From an uncultured Clostridia bacterium (GTDB lineage Bacteria; Bacillota; Clostridia; TANB77; CAG-508), in assembly GCA_934133165.1 (NCBI GenBank), contig CAKPAW010000001.1, positions 98,756 through 162,755 on the forward strand: DNA of 64,000 nt. Reading direction: 5' to 3'. Below, piece by piece: positions 1-10,346 of the stretch; the stretch's first letter is position 1, and every line of letters begins with the position of its first letter. Made by a program: the position numbers and the translations under genes. A model generated the notes under the pieces. It worked only from the letters and a program-made list of their open reading frames with translations, ran no database searches and was not told the DNA's origin.

Positions 1-174
1 TTTGAGTTCATTACACAAATCGAGCATTATTGATGAATCAGGCATTCCTTTTCCGTTTTCCCATTTTGAAATAGCTCTATCTGTAATGTTTAATTTCTCT
101 GCAAGTTGCATTTGAGTTAAATTATTCTTTTTTCTACATTCAGCTATAAATTTTCCAATTTTAATCTGATCCAT
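1..174 (-). CDS. XRE-family helix-turn-helix transcriptional regulator, 3' end truncated by the window edge (starts at 174)
   Basis: Minus-strand translation from the ATG at 174 reads MDQIKIGKFIAECRKKNNLTQMQLAEKLNITDRAISKWENGKGMPDSS..., the typical Cro/C1 HTH. GGAGG RBS at 176-180. Confidence 0.6.
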   Translation of the reverse strand, partial: MDQIKIGKFIAECRKKNNLTQMQLAEKLNITDRAISKWENGKGMPDSSIMLDLCNELK

Positions 175-300
175 ATCATTTACCTCCTTCAAATTAAGTG
201 TAAATTATTATCTAAAAAAAGTACACATACTAATCGTTTAGTATGGGGATTTTTCTTTATCAACGATTAGTTGAATTGTTATAATTTGTGCGATAACTTA

Positions 301-1155
301 CTATTTTATTTCATCAAGTTTCTTTTGCTCTTTTATTTCTAATTTTTTCCTTTCTCTTTCAAGTTCTTTTAAACTCTTTTTAGGTGTTGGCATTTCTTCC
401 GGCATCGTTCCACCAATATCTGCAATTGCCTTTCTAACTTTTTTTCCTACCTCATAATGTACATCTTTTGCTTCTTTCTCACCTTGTACATTATCTTTTA
501 AAAGTTTTTGCTTCGTTTGATTTATTCTAAATAAATTAGCAACTAATTCATCTTCATTCATATTATCTAAAATATCTTCTCTATATCGTAATTTTTTTCT
601 TTTAAATATATCATCAGCGGTTTCACCATTATATAATCCTTTATATCCTGCATTATGAAATTCAGCCATATTTTTAACACCAACAGAAGACGCAACTTTT
701 TGCAAAGTATAATTACCTTGTCTCGTTAACTTTCTTTGATAAAATCTTTTTTCATCATCTGATAATGAATCATATTCTTGCTCTGTTATTTCTTGTTTTC
801 TTGTTTGTATAGCAAAATAGGTTTGTCCTAAAGCAACAACTTCTTTGCTTGGATCTGCATTTTGTACTATTAAATAACATATATATCTTGAAAGTTTATA
901 ATCTTGTATATTAGCAGTGGCATTATTATTTCTTTTTGACAACCTGTTGACCTCAACAAGTTGTTCATCTATATTAAACCCAGAATTTTTACAAGCATCT
1001 TTTGCTTTATTTAAAACCTTTAAGAAGTTTCTCCAGTCTTTATATTCTAAAACTTTTGAAAGTTCTCTAGCATACCAATATTCATTTCCATATTCATCCA
1101 TATGTTTAATATTTTCAAAAATATTATTAGTATATCTATCTACAATTTTCTTCAT
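301..1155 (-). CDS. dinD: DNA-damage-inducible protein D (DinD family, Bro-N/KilA-like)
   Basis: The motifs YWYARELSKVLEYKDWRNFLKVL, SRYICYLIVQNADPSKEVVALGQTYFAIQTRKQE and ANLFRINQTKQKL closely match E. coli DinD. Start moved to the ATG at 1155 (MKKIVDRY), which has a GGAGG RBS; the track start is an alternative-codon extension. Confidence 0.75.
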   Translation of the reverse strand: MKKIVDRYTNNIFENIKHMDEYGNEYWYARELSKVLEYKDWRNFLKVLNKAKDACKNSGFNIDEQLVEVNRLSKRNNNATANIQDYKLSRYICYLIVQNADPSKEVVALGQTYFAIQTRKQEITEQEYDSLSDDEKRFYQRKLTRQGNYTLQKVASSVGVKNMAEFHNAGYKGLYNGETADDIFKRKKLRYREDILDNMNEDELVANLFRINQTKQKLLKDNVQGEKEAKDVHYEVGKKVRKAIADIGGTMPEEMPTPKKSLKELERERKKLEIKEQKKLDEIK

Positions 1156-1496
1156 TACTACCTCCTTATTTATTGCTTCATATAAAAGTTTTCCATAAGT
1201 CGTTATTACCTCTATTTTATTTAAAATAACTATCATTTTCCAGTTATAAAATGTAAAAAGGAATAAGACTAAAAGACTTTATTTATAAGACTTCATAGGA
1301 AGTTTTCCATAAGTCGGTTTATAACAGTTAATGTTTGTTTTATTTTCATTATTCATTATTTTCACCTACTTTATATTATTTTCTAGCAATGAATTAACCT
1401 CTTCAGGCAATACTGCATTTATTCCATTCTTGTTAAAATTAATAATGTTTTCTCTTATATCATCTACAAATAATATTTCGTTTAAATTGCAACCAT

Positions 1497-2534
1497 TTAT
1501 TTCTCTAATTTATCTTTTAAAGTATGAACTTTACCCAAACTTTCTCTTTTTCCCACAATAATTACATTGTCTGAATCTATGCAAAATACATTTTCAACAT
1601 CAAGTAATACTACTTTTTTATTATTAGCATATACTATATTATTGTTTGAGTCTATTGCTTCAATATTTCCTTTTAGCACATTGTCTCTTTCATCTTTTGG
1701 TATATATCTTTCTACTGAATTCCATGTTCCTATATCATCCCAACCTATTTCAGTTGGAATTGTATATACATTATTTGATTTTTCCATTACAGCATAATCT
1801 ATTGATATTTTTGTACATTTTTCATAATTTTCATTTAAAAATTTATAGTATTCTGAATCTGTATATTCAGGCAAATTAATTAGTAAATTATATTCTTTTT
1901 GCACATTATTTTCAAATTCTTTTAGTATACTTTCTACATTAAAAATGAACATTCCTGCATTCCATAAATATTCCTTACTTTCATAATATTTTTTCGCTAA
2001 TTCTAAATTTGGTTTTTCTACAAATCTTGAAACTTTTAAAACTTTATCATCACTATGTTCATATTTTATATAACCATAACTTGTTTCTGGTCTTGTTGGT
2101 TTTATTCCTATTGTTACAATAGCATCTTGTTTTTTAGTAACAAATTCATTAGCTAAAACAATGTCATCTATGAATTTATTTTCATTTTCTATATGACTAT
2201 CAGATGAAACACAAACTATATTTGTATTTTTGTATATATTTTTTATATATATTGTAGACAATAAAATGCATGGAGCTGTATTTCTAGAACATGGTTCTGT
2301 TATTATATTAATATCTTTTATTTCTGGTATTTGCTCTTTTACTTTATCTACATAATTATAATTGGTTACTATAAATATTTTTTCTTTTGGAACAATTTTT
2401 TTCATTCTATCATAAGTCATTTGTATCATTGCTTTTTCACTAACTAATGATAAAAATTGCTTTGGATTTTCTGGTGTAGATTGTGGCCAAAATCTTGAAC
2501 CTACACCTCCTGCCATTATAAGTGCACATAACAT
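1497..2534 (-). CDS. Mannose-1-phosphate guanylyltransferase (GDP-mannose pyrophosphorylase)
   Basis: N-terminal LIMAGGVGSRFWP nucleotidyltransferase motif and length fit a ManC/CpsB-type enzyme. AAGGAG RBS upstream. Confidence 0.8.
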   Translation of the reverse strand: MLCALIMAGGVGSRFWPQSTPENPKQFLSLVSEKAMIQMTYDRMKKIVPKEKIFIVTNYNYVDKVKEQIPEIKDINIITEPCSRNTAPCILLSTIYIKNIYKNTNIVCVSSDSHIENENKFIDDIVLANEFVTKKQDAIVTIGIKPTRPETSYGYIKYEHSDDKVLKVSRFVEKPNLELAKKYYESKEYLWNAGMFIFNVESILKEFENNVQKEYNLLINLPEYTDSEYYKFLNENYEKCTKISIDYAVMEKSNNVYTIPTEIGWDDIGTWNSVERYIPKDERDNVLKGNIEAIDSNNNIVYANNKKVVLLDVENVFCIDSDNVIIVGKRESLGKVHTLKDKLEK

Positions 2535-2535
2535 A

Positions 2536-3285
2536 TTAGATTTTCTCCTTTCTTTTTGTAAATGATGGTTGTCCTTTTATATATTTAAAGAAACCAAATG
2601 AATATGTTATTCTTTTTATTCGAGCTTTATTAAATTGTTTAAATAATCTATATATTCCTTCTAGTCCCATCTTACTTATTAATTTAGGTGCTCTTTTTAT
2701 TTTTCCTGATACAAAGTCTACTGTTCCACCACTGCCAATAGCAAATTTAACACCGCATTTTGTTAATTCTTCTAAATTATCTCTCATAAAAAATTCTTGT
2801 TTTGGTGCTCCAAATCCAATAAATATTATATCTGGTTTTTCTTCTTTTATATGATTCATACAGTCATTTATAAACTTTCCTGAAAATGGATAATTTTCAT
2901 ATGGTGGTGAATATCCTCCTACTTCTATTCCGTATTTTTCTTTAACATTCAAAACAGCTTGTCTATTCGAATCTTCTAAACCACCCAAAAAATAGATTTT
3001 CATATTATTCTCTTTTGCATACTCACAAAAATCAAATACAATTTCACTACCTGATAATTTTTCGACTTGCTTAAATTTCTTATCTGTAAGTCTTGCAAAT
3101 TTTAATGGTATTTGTCCATCTAATGTTGCATAATTTTGATTAACAAAGTTGAATAATTCTTCGTTTGTATTTGCTAGCCTAATTATTTGTGCATTAAGTG
3201 TAACAATACACTTCGTTTTATTTGGATCTTTTTTAAATAATTCTTCTTTATTTGTAAGATTTATATTTAAATTACAATATTTCAT
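2536..3285 (-). CDS. WecB/TagA/CpsF-family glycosyltransferase (N-acetylmannosaminyltransferase-like)
   Basis: FIGFGAPKQE motif and about 250 aa length. Weak SD, with a hairpin lying between the SD-like sequence and the ATG. Confidence 0.7.
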   Translation of the reverse strand: MKYCNLNINLTNKEELFKKDPNKTKCIVTLNAQIIRLANTNEELFNFVNQNYATLDGQIPLKFARLTDKKFKQVEKLSGSEIVFDFCEYAKENNMKIYFLGGLEDSNRQAVLNVKEKYGIEVGGYSPPYENYPFSGKFINDCMNHIKEEKPDIIFIGFGAPKQEFFMRDNLEELTKCGVKFAIGSGGTVDFVSGKIKRAPKLISKMGLEGIYRLFKQFNKARIKRITYSFGFFKYIKGQPSFTKRKEKI

Positions 3286-3338
3286 AAATACTTTATAGTG
3301 AGTTTTTCACTATTTTCCTCCCTTTACATTAAAGTGTT

Positions 3339-3851
3339 TTATTTACATCCTATATATGGAATGTTTCTATTAAATCCTTCTTCGTCATCAAACCCATATC
3401 CTATTATAAATTTATTTGGAACTTCAAATCCTAAATAATCTATATTTACTTCTATTTCCCTTCTACTTGGTTTGCTTAAAAGGCTACATATTTTTATATC
3501 TTTAGGATTTTTTTCTTTTAAATGTTTTATTAAATAATGCATACTTCTTCCTGTATCTACTATATCTTCTATTATTAATATATTTCTACCTTCCACTTTT
3601 TTCTTATCTATATCTAAATATTTTCTTATTTTTCCTGTACTTTCTGTTCCCTCATAGCTTGATATTTTTATGAATTCTACTTGCATTTTTGTTTTCATTT
3701 TTAATGTTAAATCTACTGCAAAAAATGCTGCACCGTTTAACACACATATTGCAACTATATCTTGTTCTTTATAATCTCCATCTATTTGTTTTGCTAATTC
3801 TTCTATTCTTTTATTTAATTCTTCTTTTCCTATTAATTCTTTTAATTCCAT
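3339..3851 (-). CDS. hpt: Hypoxanthine phosphoribosyltransferase
   Basis: PRPP-binding motif ILIIEDIVDTGRSM, 170 aa, GGAGG RBS. Confidence 0.9.
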   Translation of the reverse strand: MELKELIGKEELNKRIEELAKQIDGDYKEQDIVAICVLNGAAFFAVDLTLKMKTKMQVEFIKISSYEGTESTGKIRKYLDIDKKKVEGRNILIIEDIVDTGRSMHYLIKHLKEKNPKDIKICSLLSKPSRREIEVNIDYLGFEVPNKFIIGYGFDDEEGFNRNIPYIGCK

Positions 3852-3963
3852 TTATTCCTCCATTTTTTATAAAAAATTTATTCATTTTTCATAACTTATA
3901 TCAATGACCCAATTATATAAAAAATACAGATAATTTTCAATATAATTACCTGCATTTTCTTCT

Positions 3964-4989
3964 TTAAAAATTAAAGTCAAGATATACATAGTTCGACATA
4001 TCATATGCTAAATTTCTTTCAATCATCTCTTTTGCTTCTTTACATACTTTTGATATTCTCTCTCCATTTACTAATGGATCAATATATCTAACTTTTGTAC
4101 CATGATATACAGAATACACCCCTTTTGGCTCTTCTTTTGAAGTTTTTACTTTTTTAGCTTTTGCCCAAGTATTAAATATATCTTTATATCGTGATTTCTT
4201 AATTATATTAATAACGTCTTGGTCTTTCATATTGTATAAATCATCTAAAGTTATTATTTTCTCTTCGTTTAGCCTTTTTATAATATCAGCTAATAATTGC
4301 ATTGAATATCTTGTTCTATCTTCCATATATATTACTGACATTTTACTAGTTAATTCAACAAATCTTTTTGCTGTTTTTTCATTTCTAAATGATAACTCTT
4401 CTATATTTTCCTCATTCTTCTCAACTTCTATATCATTATATATTTGTCGTATTTCATTAATATCTACTAATTCATATGTAAATAATGCATTTGTTAAAGA
4501 ATATTCTAACCTGTCTGCTGAAAGTTTAGGTGTGTCGTTATCTGCTATTGGATACAAATGATAGTCATTAATTTCTTCTAGCTTTATATTGTCTCTTTTT
4601 AACAATTGCATAATTTCTTCTGAATTTTTTATAATCTGTGTAGTCAAGTCTTCTGTTGATTCTTGAGTCATATAATCTCCATTCAAATAGTCTACACAAT
4701 GTTTAAATACAGGTGTTGCTATGTCGTGAAATAACCCTGATAATGTTTGTTTTTTATCATGAGTAAAATGCCAAACAATTAAAGCAACCCCTATTGAGTG
4801 TTCTAAACTTGAATATAAAATTCTGCTTTCAAATAAATCTGAATATATAGTTCCACAAGTTATTGATATATATTGTTGTTTTAATAATTCTTTTGTATTT
4901 ATATAATCATTTAACCATTTTGGAAATTCTAGTTCTAATATTTTAAAATATTCTTTTACACTTTCGTTTATAGTACTTATATAGTCCAT
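3964..4989 (-). CDS. HD-domain phosphohydrolase family protein
   Basis: H...HD signature (HSIGVALIVWH..., FHDIATP). Start moved to the ATG at 4989 (MDYIST) with a GGAG RBS. Confidence 0.6.
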   Translation of the reverse strand: MDYISTINESVKEYFKILELEFPKWLNDYINTKELLKQQYISITCGTIYSDLFESRILYSSLEHSIGVALIVWHFTHDKKQTLSGLFHDIATPVFKHCVDYLNGDYMTQESTEDLTTQIIKNSEEIMQLLKRDNIKLEEINDYHLYPIADNDTPKLSADRLEYSLTNALFTYELVDINEIRQIYNDIEVEKNEENIEELSFRNEKTAKRFVELTSKMSVIYMEDRTRYSMQLLADIIKRLNEEKIITLDDLYNMKDQDVINIIKKSRYKDIFNTWAKAKKVKTSKEEPKGVYSVYHGTKVRYIDPLVNGERISKVCKEAKEMIERNLAYDMSNYVYLDFNF

Positions 4990-5066
4990 ATTTATTTCTC
5001 CTTTTTTGTCAGTAATTTTTATAATCAATGTTATGTTTTCGTAACTTTCTCATAGAATTTTTAAAA

Positions 5067-5543
5067 TTACAAAGTTCTATAATTATTTTTGTCTGCTCTT
5101 TCATCTAGTTTTCTATCATATTGTTCATTTTTATAAAACCAATCTGTTTCTTTGTTTACTGGATTTTTAGTTCTTGTTTTATCTAATAAAATATCAAATA
5201 TAGCTGCTATTGGAAGTACAATAGCAATTAGAGCTATAAACATATTCATATAAGTTTCTGGACTAAGTGTTTCTCCTTTTATCATAGGCATAATATTTTC
5301 TATTAGACCTCTTCCAAAATAATAGCCATAGCCTATTAAATATGCGATTGCAGCCCAAATTTTTCTTTTAAATATAAATGGAATCAATGCTAAAACAACA
5401 AATAGCAATATAACTTCTATATTATTATCTATTGGTTTAAATGTAAACTCTATATCTAATGTTCCTGTTATAGCTATTATAAGTCTTAATATCCAAAACA
5501 TTATTATAAACATTGTTATTAACCAACTACTTAAATTTTTCAT
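5067..5543 (-). CDS. Hypothetical integral membrane protein
   Basis: Multiple hydrophobic helices. Start at the ATG at 5543 (MKNLSSW) with an AGGAGA RBS. Confidence 0.4.
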   Translation of the reverse strand: MKNLSSWLITMFIIMFWILRLIIAITGTLDIEFTFKPIDNNIEVILLFVVLALIPFIFKRKIWAAIAYLIGYGYYFGRGLIENIMPMIKGETLSPETYMNMFIALIAIVLPIAAIFDILLDKTRTKNPVNKETDWFYKNEQYDRKLDERADKNNYRTL

Positions 5544-5665
5544 TTTATTTTCTCCTATCTCTATTTTTTCTTTTTTATAAAATTCAATTATCACTTTTAT
5601 GTAATTTTTTTAGAATATAAAAAATTTAGAGGTTAGAATTATTAGTTCCAACCTCCAACCTTTTA

Positions 5666-5983
5666 TTATTGTTCATCATCTACAAAATTAAATTCATCTT
5701 TGAATTTTTCTTTAAAGATTTCAAATACTTTATTGAGTGTATCTTCATCATCAACACTTACGTAAGATTCTTCTTCTTCAGATTCTGTATCTTCTACTTT
5801 TAGAATTACAACTTCTCCTTCTGCTTCTTCATCTTCTTCTACTGGAAGTAATACTACATATTCTTCTCCTTCTAATTCTATTAAATCTAAAAATTCAAAA
5901 GGTACTTCTTCTCCATTTTCATCGTTTAATACAATAATATTATCTAATTCCTCCTCTGGAATGTTGTTTTCATTTTCATCCAT
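5666..5983 (-). CDS. DUF1292-family acidic protein (YrzB-like), the usual partner of ruvX
   Basis: Highly acidic small protein immediately downstream of ruvX, as in the B. subtilis yrzL-yrrK-yrzB order. Start at MDENENN with a GGAGAA RBS. Confidence 0.7.
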   Translation of the reverse strand: MDENENNIPEEELDNIIVLNDENGEEVPFEFLDLIELEGEEYVVLLPVEEDEEAEGEVVILKVEDTESEEEESYVSVDDEDTLNKVFEIFKEKFKDEFNFVDDEQ

Positions 5984-6105
5984 TTTAAAATTTTCTCCTT
6001 TCAATTATTTATATTAATTGTATTTCTACAATATTAATATCTTTTCGTTAGTATTTGTAATTTTGTTTTATCATATACTATTTTTTATATTTGTGCAATA
6101 TATGT

Positions 6106-6528
6106 TTAAGAATTTTCACATTTTTTCATATAAGTCTCTAAAATATATACTGCTGATATGGTATCTACTATATTTCTTTTTTTGTTTTTATTAACATTCA
6201 AGAAATTCATTGTTTTATGAGCCTCTACTGTTGTAAGTCTTTCGTCTATTGTCTCTATTGCTATTTTTGGAAATCTACATTTGCATTTATGTATAAATTT
6301 TTCTGTTACTTCAACTCTTTCAGTTTTAGTTCCATTCATATTTATTGGCATTCCTATAACAAAGGTATCAATTTCATATTGGTTTAATAATTCTTCAAGT
6401 CTTTTTAATACTACTTTGTCATTTCCTTGGTGATGAATAGTTTCTAATCCTTGTACAGTGATATTTAATGCATCTGTTATAGCAATTCCAACTCTAGCAT
6501 CTCCATAATCTATTCCAAGTTTTCTCAT
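6106..6528 (-). CDS. ruvX: Holliday-junction resolvase-like RNase RuvX/YqgF
   Basis: MRKLGIDYGDARVGIAITD N-terminus, 140 aa. Confidence 0.9.
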   Translation of the reverse strand: MRKLGIDYGDARVGIAITDALNITVQGLETIHHQGNDKVVLKRLEELLNQYEIDTFVIGMPINMNGTKTERVEVTEKFIHKCKCRFPKIAIETIDERLTTVEAHKTMNFLNVNKNKKRNIVDTISAVYILETYMKKCENS

Positions 6529-6530
6529 TA

Positions 6531-6788
6531 TTATTCTTCTTCCATTCCTATATAGTTTTTAACCATTTTCTCTAATAATTCATCTCTTTCTACTTGACGA
6601 ATTAAATTTCTAGCCCCTTTATGACTAGTAATATATGTTGGATCTCCAGATAAAATATAACCAACTATTTGATTAACTGGATTGTATCCTTTTTCTGATA
6701 ATGCTTCATATACTTCTTTTAAAATTTCTCTAGTCGCTAATCTTCCCTCATTTGGTACTTTGAAGCACATTGTTTCATCATTTGCCAT
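6531..6788 (-). CDS. ireB: IreB-family regulatory phosphoprotein (UPF0297/YrzL)
   Basis: 85 aa with the [20 protein letters not shown] motif. Conserved position upstream of ruvX. Confidence 0.8.
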   Translation of the reverse strand: MANDETMCFKVPNEGRLATREILKEVYEALSEKGYNPVNQIVGYILSGDPTYITSHKGARNLIRQVERDELLEKMVKNYIGMEEE

Positions 6789-6812
6789 ACTTTTTTTACC
6801 TCCTTAACAAGT

Positions 6813-7925
6813 CTATATATAATTAATTTGGCTTTCATTTTCTTTCGCAGAGTCTATATATTCTTCTAATTTTTTAGTAGTTCCCTCTAAAGCTGTTCCT
6901 TTATAATAAGTAGTAACTGCTATATTGATTTTAGGACTAATTATTTGTGGTTTATCACCTTCAAATACATCTTCTTCTACTTGTTCAATTTTCATATTTT
7001 CGACATTTTTCTTTATTTCAGTCATAAATTCTGTTATTCCATCTACATCTATTCCAGTAAATGCTATTACAAATTTTGGTCCCATATATCTTACAAAAAC
7101 ATATTCAGAAGCAATATTTTGTCTTACCATATCACTAACTTTTGAAATAACATAATTTCCTGTATGTCTGCCATATTCTTCGTTTATATTATTTATATTT
7201 ATTATTTTGAACATACATATAGCGGAAGTATCATACTCATCAATTTTTCTTTTACCTTCTCCATATAAATATTCTTCTGATTTTAGACCTGTAAACTCAT
7301 CATCTCTGACTATATTTTCTATTACATTTTGTTTATCAATTGTTTTTATTACAGATACTATATTATTTTTTACAACTTCTAATATTGTTGTATCTATATT
7401 GTCAAAATCGTGTGGAACTCCACTCTCAATAATCCAATATCCTATATATATATTGTCTATATATAATGGGAAAAACATTGCTGATTTTGCTCTTCCGAAT
7501 TCCATTTTTTGATAAGGAAGTCTATCTCCTTCTTTTTCTATTGTAATATATTTAGGAGTTGCCGTTTGAATACTATCTTTAAAAATTTCCTCTGAGTGTA
7601 GATTTTTTAAAGTATCCCAATGTTTACTATCTACATTTGTTGCCTTTATTGTATACTCAGCACCATTATATACAACAATTGTAGAATATTTTATGTCGTA
7701 TTTTTCTATTAATATATCATTTATTTTCTTAATTTTTTCATCTGGCGTTTTTTCTTCACTAATAGTATCCATAAATTCTTGTAACACATTTAAGCTTACT
7801 ATTTTTTGGTTTAAGTTACTAAAAGTATCTATTTTCTTATGCACTGACATATTGTATAACATTAAGAATACAATAATAACTACTAGTAATATAATCATAG
7901 CTATAGTCAAAGTTAGCACCTCCAT
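6813..7925 (-). CDS. Membrane-anchored protein with degenerate GGDEF (diguanylate-cyclase-like) C-terminal domain
   Basis: N-terminal TM helix and extracytoplasmic segment. C-terminal region has a GGDEF-like fold but carries RYMGPKF in place of the RYGGEEF active site. Confidence 0.45.
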   Translation of the reverse strand: MEVLTLTIAMIILLVVIIVFLMLYNMSVHKKIDTFSNLNQKIVSLNVLQEFMDTISEEKTPDEKIKKINDILIEKYDIKYSTIVVYNGAEYTIKATNVDSKHWDTLKNLHSEEIFKDSIQTATPKYITIEKEGDRLPYQKMEFGRAKSAMFFPLYIDNIYIGYWIIESGVPHDFDNIDTTILEVVKNNIVSVIKTIDKQNVIENIVRDDEFTGLKSEEYLYGEGKRKIDEYDTSAICMFKIININNINEEYGRHTGNYVISKVSDMVRQNIASEYVFVRYMGPKFVIAFTGIDVDGITEFMTEIKKNVENMKIEQVEEDVFEGDKPQIISPKINIAVTTYYKGTALEGTTKKLEEYIDSAKENESQINYI

Positions 7926-7951
7926 TTTTTTGCTATTTTTGTTTTTCCTTT

Positions 7952-10342
7952 TTAATAATTTCTTTTCATTTTATCTAAAGTAGAATTCATATCATTAGAA
8001 AATGTACTTCCTTCAGCATATTTATTATATTTAGGATTACTATATTTTGCTTTGTTGCTATTCACAGAATTTCCTATTACAGGATATACCATATTTGCTA
8101 ATTTATTTAATGAATTAATAAATTCTTTTGAATATCCACTTAATGTAATATTACAATTTATTAGTCCTTCTAAGTATTTTGTATATACTTGTACATCAAA
8201 TGGTATTACACAATATTGAATAGTTTCCCTATTAAATAATTCTGTCATAAATGACATTGCAGGGTCATTGTAAAATGCCATTCCGCCTATAATTGCCTTT
8301 TCTGTAACTCCTTTAACTTTAGTATATTTATTAATAACTGCTCTTAATTTATTTGGTTCTAATATACCTTTTGCTTTTAATTCTCTTAAATAAGCTGTTA
8401 ATGGTTGAATTGTAAGTACATCCATACTTTGTACTAAATACATTTCGCTTGCTTCTTTTAAATAACCATATTGTGTAGAGAAATCACAATCTAATAATAT
8501 TAAAGCATAGTTTTTTACTAATGTTTCTAATATTGAAGTATAATCTTCAATATTATTTTTTTCACCTGGTAATGATGTATATACATCTAAATTACTATTT
8601 ACTTTTATACCTTCAGCAATACCTTGATTTAATTTTTCTGTGCAATCATATGCTATTTTTCTTAATTGCTCTTCATTTTTTGTATAAATATAATATGAAT
8701 TTCTATTTTCTGTTAAATCTAAAATTGCTGTTTTTATTCCTTGATTTGATAATACTTCTGCTAAATTATTTACTAAGAATGATGTTCCATTTTTTGAAGT
8801 TCCTACCAAAGCTACTATTTTTTTATCTCTTGTTAGTAAACTTTCTAAATTTGCAGATGATTCTCTGTAATTTTGTAAATGAGATTCATTTTGTACTGGA
8901 TTAAAGAAATCTTCTTCATTATTTGAATTATAACTATTGGTATTATAATTATTATTTATTGTTGGTTCTTCTTGTTGTTCTTGTTCGTCATCTTCCCAGC
9001 CTGGAAGAACATTTTCTTCATTATCTTCTTGAGTATTATAATTGTTTGAATTTACATCTTCAAATCCCGGTAATACATCATCATCAAATCCAGAAAGTAT
9101 TGTATCTTCTTCAAATTGTGATTCATTATTATTTGGTTTCATTACACTTGAAGTTTGTTTTTCTTCAATTTCTGGATTTTCAGTTTCTTTTTCAAATCCT
9201 GGTAACATAGAATCTTCTTCAGGTTCTACAATAGTTTCTTCTACAGGATTTTTTCTTGGTCTTCCTCTTCCTTTTTTTGGTTTTTCTTCTACTTGAACAA
9301 TTTCAGGTTGTATTTTCCTTGGTCTGCCTCTTCTCTTCTTTGTTTCTTCAACCATTTCAGGAATTTCATGTACTGGTTCTTGTGTATTAGTTTCTTCTAT
9401 ATCTGGCACATTTATTTCTTCCATTTTTTGTACTAATTTTTCCTCTGGCTTTTCAATTTTTTCTACTTTTTGTACTCTTTTCATTGTATTAGCTGATGGA
9501 ATAATAACTGGTTTAGTTAATTTTTTCTCACCACTTGGTATAGACTCTACTTTTATTCCATTATTGCTAAGTGCTTTGCTTGTATTGTTATTTAACTTTG
9601 TTTTGTTTTTATTTTGATATTGTCCATATTTTGATGTTTTTGGCTTTTCAAATGACATTAATTGTTGATATCTAGGACTGTTTTCTTCTAATACTGCTTT
9701 AACATTTAGTGGTAAAAATTTTATAATAACTCTTAATTGTTGATCTGTATATTGTGTTGCAATACTATCAAAACTTTCTACATAACGTTCTTCATTTCTT
9801 CCTAAACGTTTATAATGTGTTAATATGTTTTGAATCTCTGTTTCACTAACATCTGCTTCATTTTCTGGTTTATAATCAACATCATTAGAATCTATTTTAT
9901 AATAAACTTTAGCTTCTTTTTTAGATCTTGGCTTTTGAATTAATTTACATACTTCTTCTATACTTCTGTCTTGTCCAAGTAAAGCACTATAAACACCTAT
10001 TCCAAATAATTTTATTAATAAGTTATCTGATTTTGTACGTCTATCTGTTGCAATTAATATAATAGGAATATCTTCACCTGCAGTGGTAGAAGCTTCATCT
10101 GAAATATTGTCTAATTTTTCAAATATAAAATTATCTATTGTTTCATAATTGTTGTTAGTAAAAGGCTCTAAGTCCTCACTTATAACAATACGATCATAAG
10201 TTTTATCTTTTTCTAACTCTTTTATAATAGCATTAAAATAATATACATTTTTACTTAAAATTATCTCTTTATACATTTGTTGATATTTTTTTATAATTGT
10301 TTCTGAAATAGATTCATTACTCACTGCAAATAAAACTTTCAT
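7952..10342 (-). CDS. 796-aa protein combining a receiver-like N-terminus, a disordered acidic linker with two AT-hooks (RGRPRK) and LPGF(E/D) repeats, and a C-terminal degenerate ParA/MinD-like ATPase domain
   Basis: C-terminal KIVALVGTSKNGTSFLVNNLAEVLSNQGIKTAILDL mirrors MinD/ParA topology but has a degenerate deviant Walker A (SKNGTS). KKRRGRPRK and KKGRGRPRKNP motifs lie at roughly 9250-9345. LPGFE/LSGFDDDVLPGFED/LPGWEDDE repeats. GGAGGGG RBS 9 nt before the ATG. Confidence 0.5.
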   Translation of the reverse strand: MKVLFAVSNESISETIIKKYQQMYKEIILSKNVYYFNAIIKELEKDKTYDRIVISEDLEPFTNNNYETIDNFIFEKLDNISDEASTTAGEDIPIILIATDRRTKSDNLLIKLFGIGVYSALLGQDRSIEEVCKLIQKPRSKKEAKVYYKIDSNDVDYKPENEADVSETEIQNILTHYKRLGRNEERYVESFDSIATQYTDQQLRVIIKFLPLNVKAVLEENSPRYQQLMSFEKPKTSKYGQYQNKNKTKLNNNTSKALSNNGIKVESIPSGEKKLTKPVIIPSANTMKRVQKVEKIEKPEEKLVQKMEEINVPDIEETNTQEPVHEIPEMVEETKKRRGRPRKIQPEIVQVEEKPKKGRGRPRKNPVEETIVEPEEDSMLPGFEKETENPEIEEKQTSSVMKPNNNESQFEEDTILSGFDDDVLPGFEDVNSNNYNTQEDNEENVLPGWEDDEQEQQEEPTINNNYNTNSYNSNNEEDFFNPVQNESHLQNYRESSANLESLLTRDKKIVALVGTSKNGTSFLVNNLAEVLSNQGIKTAILDLTENRNSYYIYTKNEEQLRKIAYDCTEKLNQGIAEGIKVNSNLDVYTSLPGEKNNIEDYTSILETLVKNYALILLDCDFSTQYGYLKEASEMYLVQSMDVLTIQPLTAYLRELKAKGILEPNKLRAVINKYTKVKGVTEKAIIGGMAFYNDPAMSFMTELFNRETIQYCVIPFDVQVYTKYLEGLINCNITLSGYSKEFINSLNKLANMVYPVIGNSVNSNKAKYSNPKYNKYAEGSTFSNDMNSTLDKMKRNY

Positions 10343-10346
10343 TTGT

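Noticed and set aside
917-1198. Antisense or overlapping ORFs from the six-frame track, e.g. 917-1198, 1331-1561, 8521-8904, 9042-9296, 20344-20880, 31094-31454, 46369-46893, 56464-57084 and many 60-120-aa others.
   Set aside because: They lie opposite or inside well-supported genes, are low-complexity (L/I/F/S-rich) as expected for stop-poor frames in AT-rich DNA, lack SD sequences, and have no recognisable motifs.
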